From positions 1 through 24,919 of the forward strand of contig JBHICG010000050.1 in the NCBI GenBank assembly GCA_046759445.1: DNA of 24,919 nucleotides. Reading direction: 5' to 3'. Below the pieces are notes generated by a model. It was not told the origin of the DNA, did no database searches, and saw only the letters and a list, made by a program, of their open reading frames with translations. Shown piece by piece: positions 16,759 to 24,919 of the stretch (position 1 is its first letter; every line of letters begins with the position of its first letter). The position numbers and the translations under genes were made by a program. The stretch is from Candidatus Scalinduaceae bacterium (GTDB taxonomy: Bacteria > Planctomycetota > Brocadiia > Brocadiales > Scalinduaceae).

Positions 16759-16801
16759 AAACAAAATAAAGTTCTATTAACATACGAACCATAATTCAAA
16801 A

Positions 16802-17689
16802 GTGGAACTACCAAGCTTATTTGGAGCTATAATACAAATATGGATTTTTGTCTTAGGAGTAACGATAGGAAGTTTTCTCAATGTTTGTATTTATAGAATT
16901 CCCAAAGAACTTTCATTATTATGGCCGGTTTCTTCATGCGGTTATTGTAATACGGCAATTGTTTGGTATGACAATATTCCAGTCTTAAGCTATCTGTTTC
17001 TGAAAGGTAGATGCAGACATTGTGGACATAAGATATCAGTTAGATACCTGGTTGTAGAAATCATCACAGGCTTAGTTTTCTGTCTTTTATTTTATAATGT
17101 ATATATTGTAAGTGGTGAGTCTTTATATGTATACGGCATATATGCAATCTTTTGTTGCCTTCTTATTGTTTGTTCATTTATAGATTTAAAACTTCACATC
17201 ATACCAAATGTAGTCACGTATACGGGTTTAGTCTTAGCGCCTGTAGCTAGTCTGTTGTGCCCTAGACTTAATAGTCTGAATGGTTCTCTAGAGTGTCTTG
17301 AGTTTAGTGGCAATCAGTGGATAGATTCTTTTTTGTCGTGTTTGATTGGTATTTTTGTTGCGGGAGGATTGATTTTTCTATGTGGTGTTATTGGCAAGAT
17401 TATCCTTAAAAAGGATGCAATGGGCTTTGGTGATGTGAAACTTATGGGTGTAATAGGTGGGTTTATGGGGTGGAAACTTGGTATTGCAACATTCTTTTTA
17501 GCCCCTTTTCTAGGTTTATTATTTGGTTTGCCCAAACTTATTCTGAGGAAGGAGCATTTAATTCCGTACGGTCCATTTCTATCGCTGGCGGCATTTATAT
17601 GTTTATTATTAAAGGATTTTTTCATTAGTATTATTGACATCTATATAAATACTTTTACCATTTTGTTTAGCAATTTAATACCTCTTTAG
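16802..17689 (+). CDS. pilD: Prepilin peptidase / N-methyltransferase (A24 family)
   Basis: GSFLNVCIYRIP, two CxxC pairs, WYDNIPVLSYL, FID, MGFGDVKL and IPYGPFL, with multiple TM segments. GTG start. Confidence 0.92.
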   Translation: MELPSLFGAIIQIWIFVLGVTIGSFLNVCIYRIPKELSLLWPVSSCGYCNTAIVWYDNIPVLSYLFLKGRCRHCGHKISVRYLVVEIITGLVFCLLFYNVYIVSGESLYVYGIYAIFCCLLIVCSFIDLKLHIIPNVVTYTGLVLAPVASLLCPRLNSLNGSLECLEFSGNQWIDSFLSCLIGIFVAGGLIFLCGVIGKIILKKDAMGFGDVKLMGVIGGFMGWKLGIATFFLAPFLGLLFGLPKLILRKEHLIPYGPFLSLAAFICLLLKDFFISIIDIYINTFTILFSNLIPL

Positions 17690-17717
17690 AATTTTCTTAT
17701 TTATTTTTGGTGTTTAA

Positions 17718-17875
17718 TTAATATCTGCTGCGGAAAGCCCAAATATCCAAAAGTGTCATTCTGCCCCCATTCCTAGCTTACGCAAGGAAGCTATGGGGGT
17801 CAGAATCTATATGTATCAATATGTTAAGAGACCCCTGAAACTAGTTCAGGATCATTCATGACCTGGTTCAGGTGA
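17718..17875. mobile_element. Second, more decayed copy of the 3484-3648 MITE-like repeat
   Basis: CTGCTGCGGAAAGCCCAAATATCCAAAAGTGTCATTCTGCCCCCATTCCTAGCTTACGCAAGGAAGCTATGGGGGTCAGAATCTATAT...GTTAAGAGACCCCTGAAACTAGTTCAGG aligns with 3491-3615. The right TIR is not recognisable. Confidence 0.8.
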
Positions 17876-18082
17876 GATTCTACTAAACAACGGGAAAAAC
17901 ATCTAGATTTGTGGAGAGTATTCAGGTTGCTGTAGCAAGTAATAGAAGGTTTGAAGTCATGATATAAAAAGTTTAGTATTTAGTATATTTATGAGTGAAC
18001 AATGATCATTTGTTTTAAATAGTCTATGTATTACTGAAGAAACTTTTATATTTTAGATTAAATTTACAGAATGGAGGAGGTT

Positions 18083-18736
18083 ATGGAGCTTAAGTCAAGT
18101 TTTGTACGATGTTTTTTGCTATCTCTTACGGTCATCTCTGTTGGGTGTGCAGAGTTGAAGAAACTTCGTGAGGATAATTTATCATTGTCTCAAAGATTAG
18201 AGGAAGTACAAAGGGATAGAGATGATTTGGCTAATAAATTTGCTCTGAGTGAACAAGAAAGGTCAAGACTGATTGAGGAGCGAGATAGATTAGAAAGAAC
18301 CAGACGTGATATGGAGGAAAAACTGAGAGGGACCGGTGCAACCGTCAGGGTCAAGGAGGGTAAAATTGCCGTTATGCTGCCCTCATCAATTTATTTCAAT
18401 TCCGGCAAGGCCACGCTAAAGAAGAAGGCAGAGGGTGGTTTGACTAAGATATCTAATATGCTTAAGAGCGATTTTCCAAATGAGACTATTAGAATAGAGG
18501 GACATACGGATAACGACCCCATTAAACGAACTAAGAAGCTGTATGCCTCCAACTGGGAACTTTCAGCTATGCGTGCCGCTAGTGTGCTTCATTTCCTTGT
18601 CGATAAAGGTAAAATAGATCCTGGCAGGTTATATATTGCAGGCTTCGGAAAATACCATCCAATAGCAAGTAATAAAAGCAAAGTAGGTAAGAAGAAAAAT
18701 CGACGGGTAGAGATTGTCGTTATGATGGGTATGTAG
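18083..18736 (+). CDS. OmpA/MotB-family peptidoglycan-binding lipoprotein with coiled coil
   Basis: Lipobox-like SVGC, a coiled coil, then IEGHTDN, NWELSAMRA and NRRVEI. SD GGAGG precedes ATG 18083; the ORF track start is 18071. Confidence 0.88.
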   Translation: MELKSSFVRCFLLSLTVISVGCAELKKLREDNLSLSQRLEEVQRDRDDLANKFALSEQERSRLIEERDRLERTRRDMEEKLRGTGATVRVKEGKIAVMLPSSIYFNSGKATLKKKAEGGLTKISNMLKSDFPNETIRIEGHTDNDPIKRTKKLYASNWELSAMRAASVLHFLVDKGKIDPGRLYIAGFGKYHPIASNKSKVGKKKNRRVEIVVMMGM

Positions 18737-18874
18737 TCCTATAAACGGTTCAGGGTGGATTTGCATAATTCGTTTACTATAATAAAAAAACGAGTTTACT
18801 GTAAACCAAATAGTAAAGAAAAAGGGTAGGTTGGGTGAAAACAGAGCCTCTCAATACCATACGGAGACGGGCGG

Positions 18875-19522
18875 GTGATAGCGATAGTTGATTATGGGAT
18901 GGGCAACTTGAGAAGTGTGGAAAAGGCATTCGAGAAGGTTGGTTTTGAGGCAGTGGTAACGGATAGATCTGGAATAATAGAAAAGGCCGATAAAATCGTG
19001 TTGCCGGGTGTTGGTGGATTTAAGGATGCAATAGATGGCTTGCAAGAAAGAAATCTGATACAGCCAATTATCAATCACATAAAGAAAGGTAAAGTTTTTT
19101 TGGGAATTTGCCTTGGTCTTCAGTTGCTTTTCACAAGGAGTAGCGAAGGGGGTGAAAATAAGGGCCTAAACATTATTGATGGCGAGGTTGTTAGATTTAC
19201 ACATGGGGAAACAGTGGAATCTCCTAAAAGATTGTTTGGTGAAAACAATCATAGATTAAAAATTCCTCATATGGGATGGAATGAAATAGAAATAAAAAAA
19301 GAAAATCCAATCTTAAAAGGCTTGCCTGACAATTCATATATGTATTTTGTGCATTCTTATTACGTAATTCCTGATCGTGATGATATTATAGCTACTGAAA
19401 CAGAATACGGTGTCACATTTGTGTCAATGATATCGATTGACAATGTCTTTGCAATGCAGTTTCATCCCGAGAAGAGTCAACGTTATGGTTTAATGATTCT
19501 TAAAAACTTTGGTGAATTTTAA
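18875..19522 (+). CDS. hisH: Imidazole glycerol phosphate synthase, glutaminase subunit
   Basis: Motifs DYGMGNL, LPGVG, GICLGLQ, PHMGWN, YFVHSY and QFHPEKS. Confidence 0.97.
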   Translation: MIAIVDYGMGNLRSVEKAFEKVGFEAVVTDRSGIIEKADKIVLPGVGGFKDAIDGLQERNLIQPIINHIKKGKVFLGICLGLQLLFTRSSEGGENKGLNIIDGEVVRFTHGETVESPKRLFGENNHRLKIPHMGWNEIEIKKENPILKGLPDNSYMYFVHSYYVIPDRDDIIATETEYGVTFVSMISIDNVFAMQFHPEKSQRYGLMILKNFGEF

Positions 19523-20272
19523 ATGTTAGTTATACCCGCAATAGATTTGAAAGGTGGAAAATGTGTTAGACTGTCCATGGGCAAGAAGGAGCATGAAACA
19601 GTCTTTTCAGAGGATCCCGTACGTGTCGCTGAAGACTGGAAAGAACAAGGCGCAGAGCGCATCCATATTGTTGATCTGGATGGGGCATTTGAAGGTGAAC
19701 CCGTTAATACGCATATTATAAGACGTATTAAAAACAAGGTGGATATATGTTTACAGGTTGGTGGTGGTATTAGGCAAAAACAAGTGGTAAAAGAGTTGCT
19801 CGACATAGGAATTGATAGACTCGTTATAGGGACAAGGGCGCTTGAATCGCCAGAGTGGCTTTTTGAACTATGTAGTGAATTCCCGGATAAAATAGCCGTT
19901 GGTATTGATGCAGAGAATGGCAAGGTTGCCGTTGAAGGATGGGCATCGGTCTCGGATCGTACAGCTATAGATTTTGCGAGAGAAATTGAAAAGGCAAATC
20001 CAGTAGCTGTAATTTTTACCGACATAGAAAAAGATGGTATGTTACAAGGGCCTAATTTTGCGAGTATTATGAAGATGGCCGAGAACGTCAGTGTCCCTAT
20101 TATTGCTTCTGGCGGTATATCTTCTATTGAAGATGTGAAAAAACTGAGTTTATTTCATCTTGAAGGTATGATTATTGGTAAAGCCCTTTATACTGGCAAT
20201 ATTTTGCTTTCAGAAGCTATAAAAATATGTAAAAAAGAATTAACTATGGAGGCATATGATGAAACAGTATGA
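19523..20272 (+). CDS. hisA: ProFAR isomerase
   Basis: Motifs IPAIDLKGGKCVRL, HIVDLDGA, QVGGGIR, TDIEKDGML and IASGG. Confidence 0.96.
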   Translation: MLVIPAIDLKGGKCVRLSMGKKEHETVFSEDPVRVAEDWKEQGAERIHIVDLDGAFEGEPVNTHIIRRIKNKVDICLQVGGGIRQKQVVKELLDIGIDRLVIGTRALESPEWLFELCSEFPDKIAVGIDAENGKVAVEGWASVSDRTAIDFAREIEKANPVAVIFTDIEKDGMLQGPNFASIMKMAENVSVPIIASGGISSIEDVKKLSLFHLEGMIIGKALYTGNILLSEAIKICKKELTMEAYDETV

Positions 20273-22307
20273 AACAAAAGATATAAGGAATATAGCATTT
20301 ATAGGTCATGGTGCGTCAGGAAAAACTTCGCTGATCGAGGCTTTATTATTTAAGGCAGATGCGACAAAACGTTTGGGAAGCGTTGATGATGGCACTTCTG
20401 TTTCGGATTTTGATCCTGAAGAAAAAGAGAGAAAAACTACTATTGATTCTTCAATCTTGCACTGCAATTGGCAGGGGGTGGAGATTAACATAATTGATAC
20501 TCCAGGATATCCTGATTTCGTTGGTGACTCAATAAGTGCTTTAAGTGCTGTAGAGACTGCAATGGTTATGGTTTCTGCTACAAGCGGGATTCAGGTAAAT
20601 ACACAAAAGATGTGGAACATCGCTCGCGAGGCTGAATTAGTTCGCATGATTATAATTACAAAGATGGACGGCGAAAACATAGATTTTCCTGTGCTTTTAA
20701 ATTCAATTCAAAACACATTTGGTTCTGAGTGTCTGCCATTAATGTTGCCTGTAGGTCTTGGATCAGGCTTTAATAGTGTTGTCAATGTCTTAAACTCGAC
20801 AGATGATATTCCCTCTGATGCGGTTGGTGATGTAAAGGACTATCGAGAAAAATTATTTGAAGGGATCGTTTCTGTGGATGATGAATTACTGGAAAAGTAT
20901 TTAGATGGACAGGAGATTGAGACCGAAAGACTCAATGAGTGTTTTCGTAAGGCCATTGTTTCCGGTAACGTAGTGCCAATCTTATGTTGCTCGAGCAAGA
21001 AGGACATAGGCGTTAAAGAGGTTCTTGAAGTAATCACAGATTTTGTTCCGTCACCGGAAAATGCTTTGTCTCGAACATGCATAAATGTTGAAAAAGGAGA
21101 AGAAAAAGAAGTAGAAGTCTCAAAAAATGCTCCTTTTAGTGCGCAGGTATTCAAAACCGTTTCAGACCCTTTTGTTGGTAAATTGAGTTTTTTTAGAGTG
21201 TTTTCGGGTACATTGGATAGCCAACTAGGATTTTTTAATGTTCGTGCAAAAAAAGATGAAAAGATTGGGCACATATACAGGACATTTGGCAAGGAACAGG
21301 AAGAAATAGAAAAGGCAATTCCCGGTGATATAGTGACAGTCTCAAAAGTGGGAGATATATCTGTTTCGGATACATTATGCAGCTCTCAGATGGTTGTAAA
21401 ATTTAAAGATATTCAGTTTCCAAACCCTATGGTGTCGCTGGCTGTTAAACCTAAGAGTAGTGGTGCGGAGCAAAAAATAAGTGAAACATTGTCCAGGTTG
21501 GTAGAAGAAGACTGTACGTTTAAGGTTTCGAGAGACGGACAGACAAATGAATTAGTGATTACGGGGATGAGCAATTTACATTTAGACGTGATCCTTGGAA
21601 GGTTAAAAAGACGCTTTGATATCGAAGTAGATACAAGTCCTCCAAAGATTCCTTATAAGGAAACGATCACATCTAATGCTCAATCACAGTATAAGCACAA
21701 AAAACAAACAGGTGGGAGAGGACAATATGGGGAAGTTTATTTACGTATAGAACCTTTGCCGAGAGGTAGTGATATTGAGTTCAAAAGTAAAATTGTCGGT
21801 GGTGCAATTCCTGGTCAGTATATACCAGCGGTAGAAAAGGGTATACGTGAAACGGTTAAAAAGGGTATTTTAAGCAATAATCCGATAGTCGACACTAAAG
21901 TCGTACTGTACGATGGTTCTTTTCACAATGTTGACTCATCAGAAGCTGCATTTAAGATAGCGGCATCAAAGGCATTTCAAATGGCCTTTAACGATGCAAA
22001 ACCAGTTTTATTAGAGCCGATAGTTAATATAGAGGTAACCATACCTTCGGAGTTTATGGGTGATATAACAGGCAATCTTTCTTCAAGGAGAGGACGTATA
22101 CAAGGTATGGATTCGTATGGGGACCTTCAGGTAGTAAAGGCAAACATTTCCTTGGCAGAAATAATAAATTACGAATCAGAATTAAAATCAATGACAGGTG
22201 GGAGAGGGTCGTATTCCATGGAGTTTTCGCATTATGACATAGTTCCCTCACATCTTGCGCAGGCAATAATAACTCAGTCAAAAAAAGAAAAAGAATCAGG
22301 GGATTGA
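20256..22307 (+). CDS. fusA: Elongation factor G paralogue (EF-G II type)
   Basis: Full EF-G domain layout (HKKQTGGRGQYG, DGSFHNVDSSE, LLEPI). G motifs are divergent: GHGASGKT, ERKTTI, DTPGY, TKMD. Confidence 0.92.
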   Translation: MMKQYETKDIRNIAFIGHGASGKTSLIEALLFKADATKRLGSVDDGTSVSDFDPEEKERKTTIDSSILHCNWQGVEINIIDTPGYPDFVGDSISALSAVETAMVMVSATSGIQVNTQKMWNIAREAELVRMIIITKMDGENIDFPVLLNSIQNTFGSECLPLMLPVGLGSGFNSVVNVLNSTDDIPSDAVGDVKDYREKLFEGIVSVDDELLEKYLDGQEIETERLNECFRKAIVSGNVVPILCCSSKKDIGVKEVLEVITDFVPSPENALSRTCINVEKGEEKEVEVSKNAPFSAQVFKTVSDPFVGKLSFFRVFSGTLDSQLGFFNVRAKKDEKIGHIYRTFGKEQEEIEKAIPGDIVTVSKVGDISVSDTLCSSQMVVKFKDIQFPNPMVSLAVKPKSSGAEQKISETLSRLVEEDCTFKVSRDGQTNELVITGMSNLHLDVILGRLKRRFDIEVDTSPPKIPYKETITSNAQSQYKHKKQTGGRGQYGEVYLRIEPLPRGSDIEFKSKIVGGAIPGQYIPAVEKGIRETVKKGILSNNPIVDTKVVLYDGSFHNVDSSEAAFKIAASKAFQMAFNDAKPVLLEPIVNIEVTIPSEFMGDITGNLSSRRGRIQGMDSYGDLQVVKANISLAEIINYESELKSMTGGRGSYSMEFSHYDIVPSHLAQAIITQSKKEKESGD

Positions 22308-22336
22308 AAAAAACTGTCATAGCAAATTGAAAAGAC

Positions 22337-22365
22337 TTGACATTGAAAAAAATATTTAATATAGT
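22337..22365 (+). promoter_or_regulatory. Putative sigma70 promoter P1
   Basis: TTGACA (22337-22342), 17-bp spacer, TATAGT (22360-22365). Confidence 0.65.
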
Positions 22366-22520
22366 TTTTAAGAACTTTGTTTTTTCTGCCTGACTGGTTT
22401 TGAGTTGCTCACGGGGGTGTGGGTTTAGAGGCCAATTAGTGTGGGTTCAGTAAAATTGATGGATTTACTTAAAAAAAGCAGTTTAAAACTAAATTGAGCG
22501 TTTTTATATTGTACATTATT

Positions 22521-22628
22521 GTAACCGCAGGCTTAAGGCAATCTTAAGATTGACCGCCTGCGTTTCTCATCATCTAACGGGTATATGGAAATTTCACATA
22601 AGTTACGCAACCTCAAGGTTGCGGCTAC
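22521..22628. repeat. GTAG-type REP doublet (REPIN-like)
   Basis: GTAA-C-CGCAGGC...GCCTGCG (22521-22562) faces CGCAACC-tcaa-GGTTGCG-G-CTAC (22606-22628). The first loop carries a perfect 14-bp palindrome CAATCTTAAGATTG. Confidence 0.78.
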
Positions 22629-22684
22629 TCAAATCGTTAAATTTAGATCAAAAATAAATATAGTTATATAAAATTAAAAAGTAC

Positions 22685-22712
22685 TTGACATTAGACCAAT
22701 AATTTATATAGT
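22685..22712 (+). promoter_or_regulatory. Putative sigma70 promoter P2
   Basis: TTGACA (22685-22690), 16-bp spacer, TATAGT (22707-22712), with an A/T-rich UP-like tract upstream. Confidence 0.55.
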
Positions 22713-23050
22713 TACCATTTCCAAGTAAAGTATAAGACTTATCCCGATTCTCAGTAAGGTGGGGGGGGAGAATTAGGTCGTACATGCTTTATTTTCCAAT
22801 TGAGATGTTAATTCCCTCCAAAATTATATAATTTTTTCATATCAAAGTTCAATTGTCAACTAATACAATGTAAAGCCTTGACTTTTAGAGAGAAATTTGT
22901 AGTATGCTTTTCTTAAGAAGATAGGATGTTTGCCTTATTAAATTTTGAATAAATGGTCGAGTTTTAATTATGGCACACGTACATTTTATTACATTTCAAA
23001 CATTTCAAATATTATCATAATTTTGAAACTTTTATACCTTGAAAGGAGGG

Positions 23051-23237
23051 GAGGAAACGCACAAACTCTCTAGTGAAAAGGAGATGTTTCAGTAGTATGT
23101 TGAATAAGAAGTTTTTAGGATAGTTGTTTCTGCAGTTACTTTTGTTGGTCTAATGATGCGTGCGTGTAATTTTGTTTATGTTGAAGAAGAGCAAAAACAA
23201 GAGGAAACGCACAAACTCTAGTGAAAAGGAGATGTTT
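23051..23237 (+). repeat. 37/39-bp direct repeat in the nirS leader
   Basis: GAGGAAACGCACAAACTC(TC)TAGTGAAAAGGAGATGTTT at 23051-23089 and 23201-23237. The copies are identical apart from a 2-nt indel. Confidence 0.93.
23097..23221 (+). pseudogene. Relic of a secreted-protein N-terminus (signal peptide) between the direct repeats
   Basis: MLNKKFLG*, then with a 1-nt shift IVVSAVTFVGLMMRACNFVYVEEEQKQEETHKL*. This reads as a basic n-region, hydrophobic h-region and acidic mature start. Confidence 0.45.
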
Positions 23238-23269
23238 TTATCAAATTCAATTTCATGGAGGTGAAAGAA

Positions 23270-24916
23270 ATGAGAGAGTTTTTAATTGCATTTATGTTAG
23301 CCGTTGCTTTTATGGCAGGTAGTACCCAGGCGATAGCCGCCGAAGAAGCAAAAGTGGAGGCGGTGGAACCATCGCAGTATGTCCTTACCCCTGAAGAGTT
23401 CGAAACCAGCAGGCAGGTATACTTCGACCGCTGCGCAGGCTGCCATGGCGTTCTGCGAAAAGGAGCCACTGGGCCAGATCTAACTCCAGCCAAGATGATA
23501 CCCAAGGGAATAAAGAAGATCAGAGAATTTATATGGTTTGGAACCGGTGGAGGCATGCCTGGCTGGGGGAAAATGGGTGTTATGACCGATGTAGAGACAG
23601 ATCTCATGGTAAAGTACATGATGAACGAACCTCCTATTCCGCCTCAGTGGGATATGACGTCCGTTAAAGCTAGTTGGAAATTGTTGGTCCCGACGGATAA
23701 ACGCCCCACAAAACCGGAGCACAGTCGTGACATAGATAATATGTTCGCCGTAGTCCTGCGCGATGCCGGTCAGGTAGCGATTATTGACGGTGACACCAAA
23801 GAAGTAATAAGCAAAGTCGATACAGGCTATGCAGTACACATCGTCAGGATGTCAATGTCAGGAAGATATGTGTATTCCATAGGCAGGGATGGCAAGGCGA
23901 CTATGATAGACCTCTGGATGAAAAAGCCTGACAAAGTAGCAGAGGTCAGATGCTCCCTTGATGCGCGATCCATCGATGTGAGCAAGTTCAAAGGCTTCGA
24001 AGACAAGTATGCCGTAGTCGGCGGTTACTGGCCGCCCCAGTTTGTGATACTGGACGGCGCGACCCTTGAGCCCCTTAAAATCGTGAGCACTCTGAGCTAC
24101 ACCTACGACACAGAAGAGTTCCACCCGGAACCTCGTGTAGCAAGTATCGTGGCATCTCACACAGCACCAGAATGGGTTTTGAACATTAAAGAAACAGGGC
24201 AGATTTGGCTCGTGAATTATGAAGACCCGAACAACCCTTCAATCAAAATGTTTGAGGCCGAACGCTTCCTGCATGACGGGGGCTGGGATTCAACCAAGCG
24301 CTACTTCCTCGTGGCGGCGAATGCGAGGAACAAGGTCTCCATAATAGATGTGGTAGATCGGAAATTTATTGCAAATGTTGATACACAAGGCATTAAACCG
24401 CATCCAGGAAGAGGGGCAAACTGGAATGACCCAAAGTACGGTCCGGTCTGGGCCACGGGGCACATTGGTGATGATGTAGTTTCAATAATAGGTACTGATC
24501 CGAAGGGTCATCCGGAAAATGCCTTTAAGATGGTCTCGAAAATACAGGCGCTTAGCTCTGGCAACCTGTTTATTAAGACACATCCGAAGAGCAAATGGGT
24601 TTGGGTTGACCATCCTCTTAGTAAGAAAAAGAAATATCGAACCACTCTTGGTGTCTTTGACAAGGCCAATATTGATGCTGGGATATTCAAGGAAGTGAAA
24701 GTCGCAGACTATGGCAAAGCCGTGCACTTAGAGTATAATAAAGCAGGAGACGAAATTTGGGTAAGCATTTGGGAAAATACTAAGAAAGACGGACCCAATA
24801 CGGGCCAGGTAGTGGTGATCGACGACGCGACCTTTAAAATAAAAACAAGGATAAAGGGCCTCGCCACGCCAACGGGTAAGTTCAATGTGTACAATACAGT
24901 GAGAGACTTGTATTAG
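23270..24916 (+). CDS. nirS: Cytochrome cd1 nitrite reductase
   Basis: Signal peptide, heme c motif CAGCH, GVLRKGATG, GMP (Met ligand), and d1 domain motifs GYAVH, FHPEPRVASIVASH, FLHDGG, PHPGRG, LFIKTHP and TPTGKFNVYNT. SD GGAGGT favours ATG 23270 over 23255. Confidence 0.97.
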   Translation: MREFLIAFMLAVAFMAGSTQAIAAEEAKVEAVEPSQYVLTPEEFETSRQVYFDRCAGCHGVLRKGATGPDLTPAKMIPKGIKKIREFIWFGTGGGMPGWGKMGVMTDVETDLMVKYMMNEPPIPPQWDMTSVKASWKLLVPTDKRPTKPEHSRDIDNMFAVVLRDAGQVAIIDGDTKEVISKVDTGYAVHIVRMSMSGRYVYSIGRDGKATMIDLWMKKPDKVAEVRCSLDARSIDVSKFKGFEDKYAVVGGYWPPQFVILDGATLEPLKIVSTLSYTYDTEEFHPEPRVASIVASHTAPEWVLNIKETGQIWLVNYEDPNNPSIKMFEAERFLHDGGWDSTKRYFLVAANARNKVSIIDVVDRKFIANVDTQGIKPHPGRGANWNDPKYGPVWATGHIGDDVVSIIGTDPKGHPENAFKMVSKIQALSSGNLFIKTHPKSKWVWVDHPLSKKKKYRTTLGVFDKANIDAGIFKEVKVADYGKAVHLEYNKAGDEIWVSIWENTKKDGPNTGQVVVIDDATFKIKTRIKGLATPTGKFNVYNTVRDLY

Positions 24917-24919
24917 GCA

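Noticed and set aside
18083..18736. Flagellar stator motB
   Set aside because: No motA neighbour and no N-terminal TM helix with the conserved Asp. It has a lipoprotein signal instead.
22761..22768. G8 tract as a phase-variation switch
   Set aside because: It is short, not within a promoter spacer or CDS, and there is no evidence of length variation.
22970..22985. Sigma54 promoter at TGGCAC upstream of nirS
   Set aside because: No TTGC/-12 element at the required spacing.
23051..23237. Direct repeats as a CRISPR array or c-di-GMP-I riboswitch
   Set aside because: There are only two copies with a 111-bp spacer and no cas genes. The AAAC...GAAA resemblance to the riboswitch P2 lacks the following GCAAAG/P3 elements.
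6340..24894. The many antisense or overlapping ORFs in the track (e.g. 6340-6843, 12739-13242, 19519-20025, 20840-21292, 23218-23619)
   Set aside because: They are shadows of well-supported genes on the opposite strand.

Overview
AT-rich bacterial chromosomal window, probably from an anammox planctomycete (Ca. Brocadiales, Scalindua-like). This taxonomy is inferred from gene content and repeat types, not proven. The left ~2 kb is a decayed accessory region. It holds the 3' end of a probable REP-associated tyrosine (Y1/HUH) transposase and inverted 22-bp end motifs, each with local tandem micro-duplications. These motifs bracket small ORFs and a broken PilZ/YcgR-type gene. Next come tryptophanase (tnaA), a ~165-bp MITE-like repeat (second copy at ~17.7 kb), two hypothetical genes and accA on the minus strand. 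A long + strand run follows: tyrA, purL (PurS-fused), a frameshifted four-helix-bundle gene flanked by inverted heptamer arrays, purQ, a stand-alone NuoE/NuoF-like (HydC/HydB-type) pair, a MobB-like P-loop protein, recJ, pilD, an OmpA/MotB lipoprotein, hisH, hisA and an EF-G II-type fusA. A ~950-bp intergenic region with two near-consensus sigma70 promoters, a GTAG-type REP doublet and a 37-39 bp direct repeat around a signal-peptide relic precedes cytochrome cd1 nitrite reductase (nirS). No rRNA, tRNA or CRISPR array was seen.
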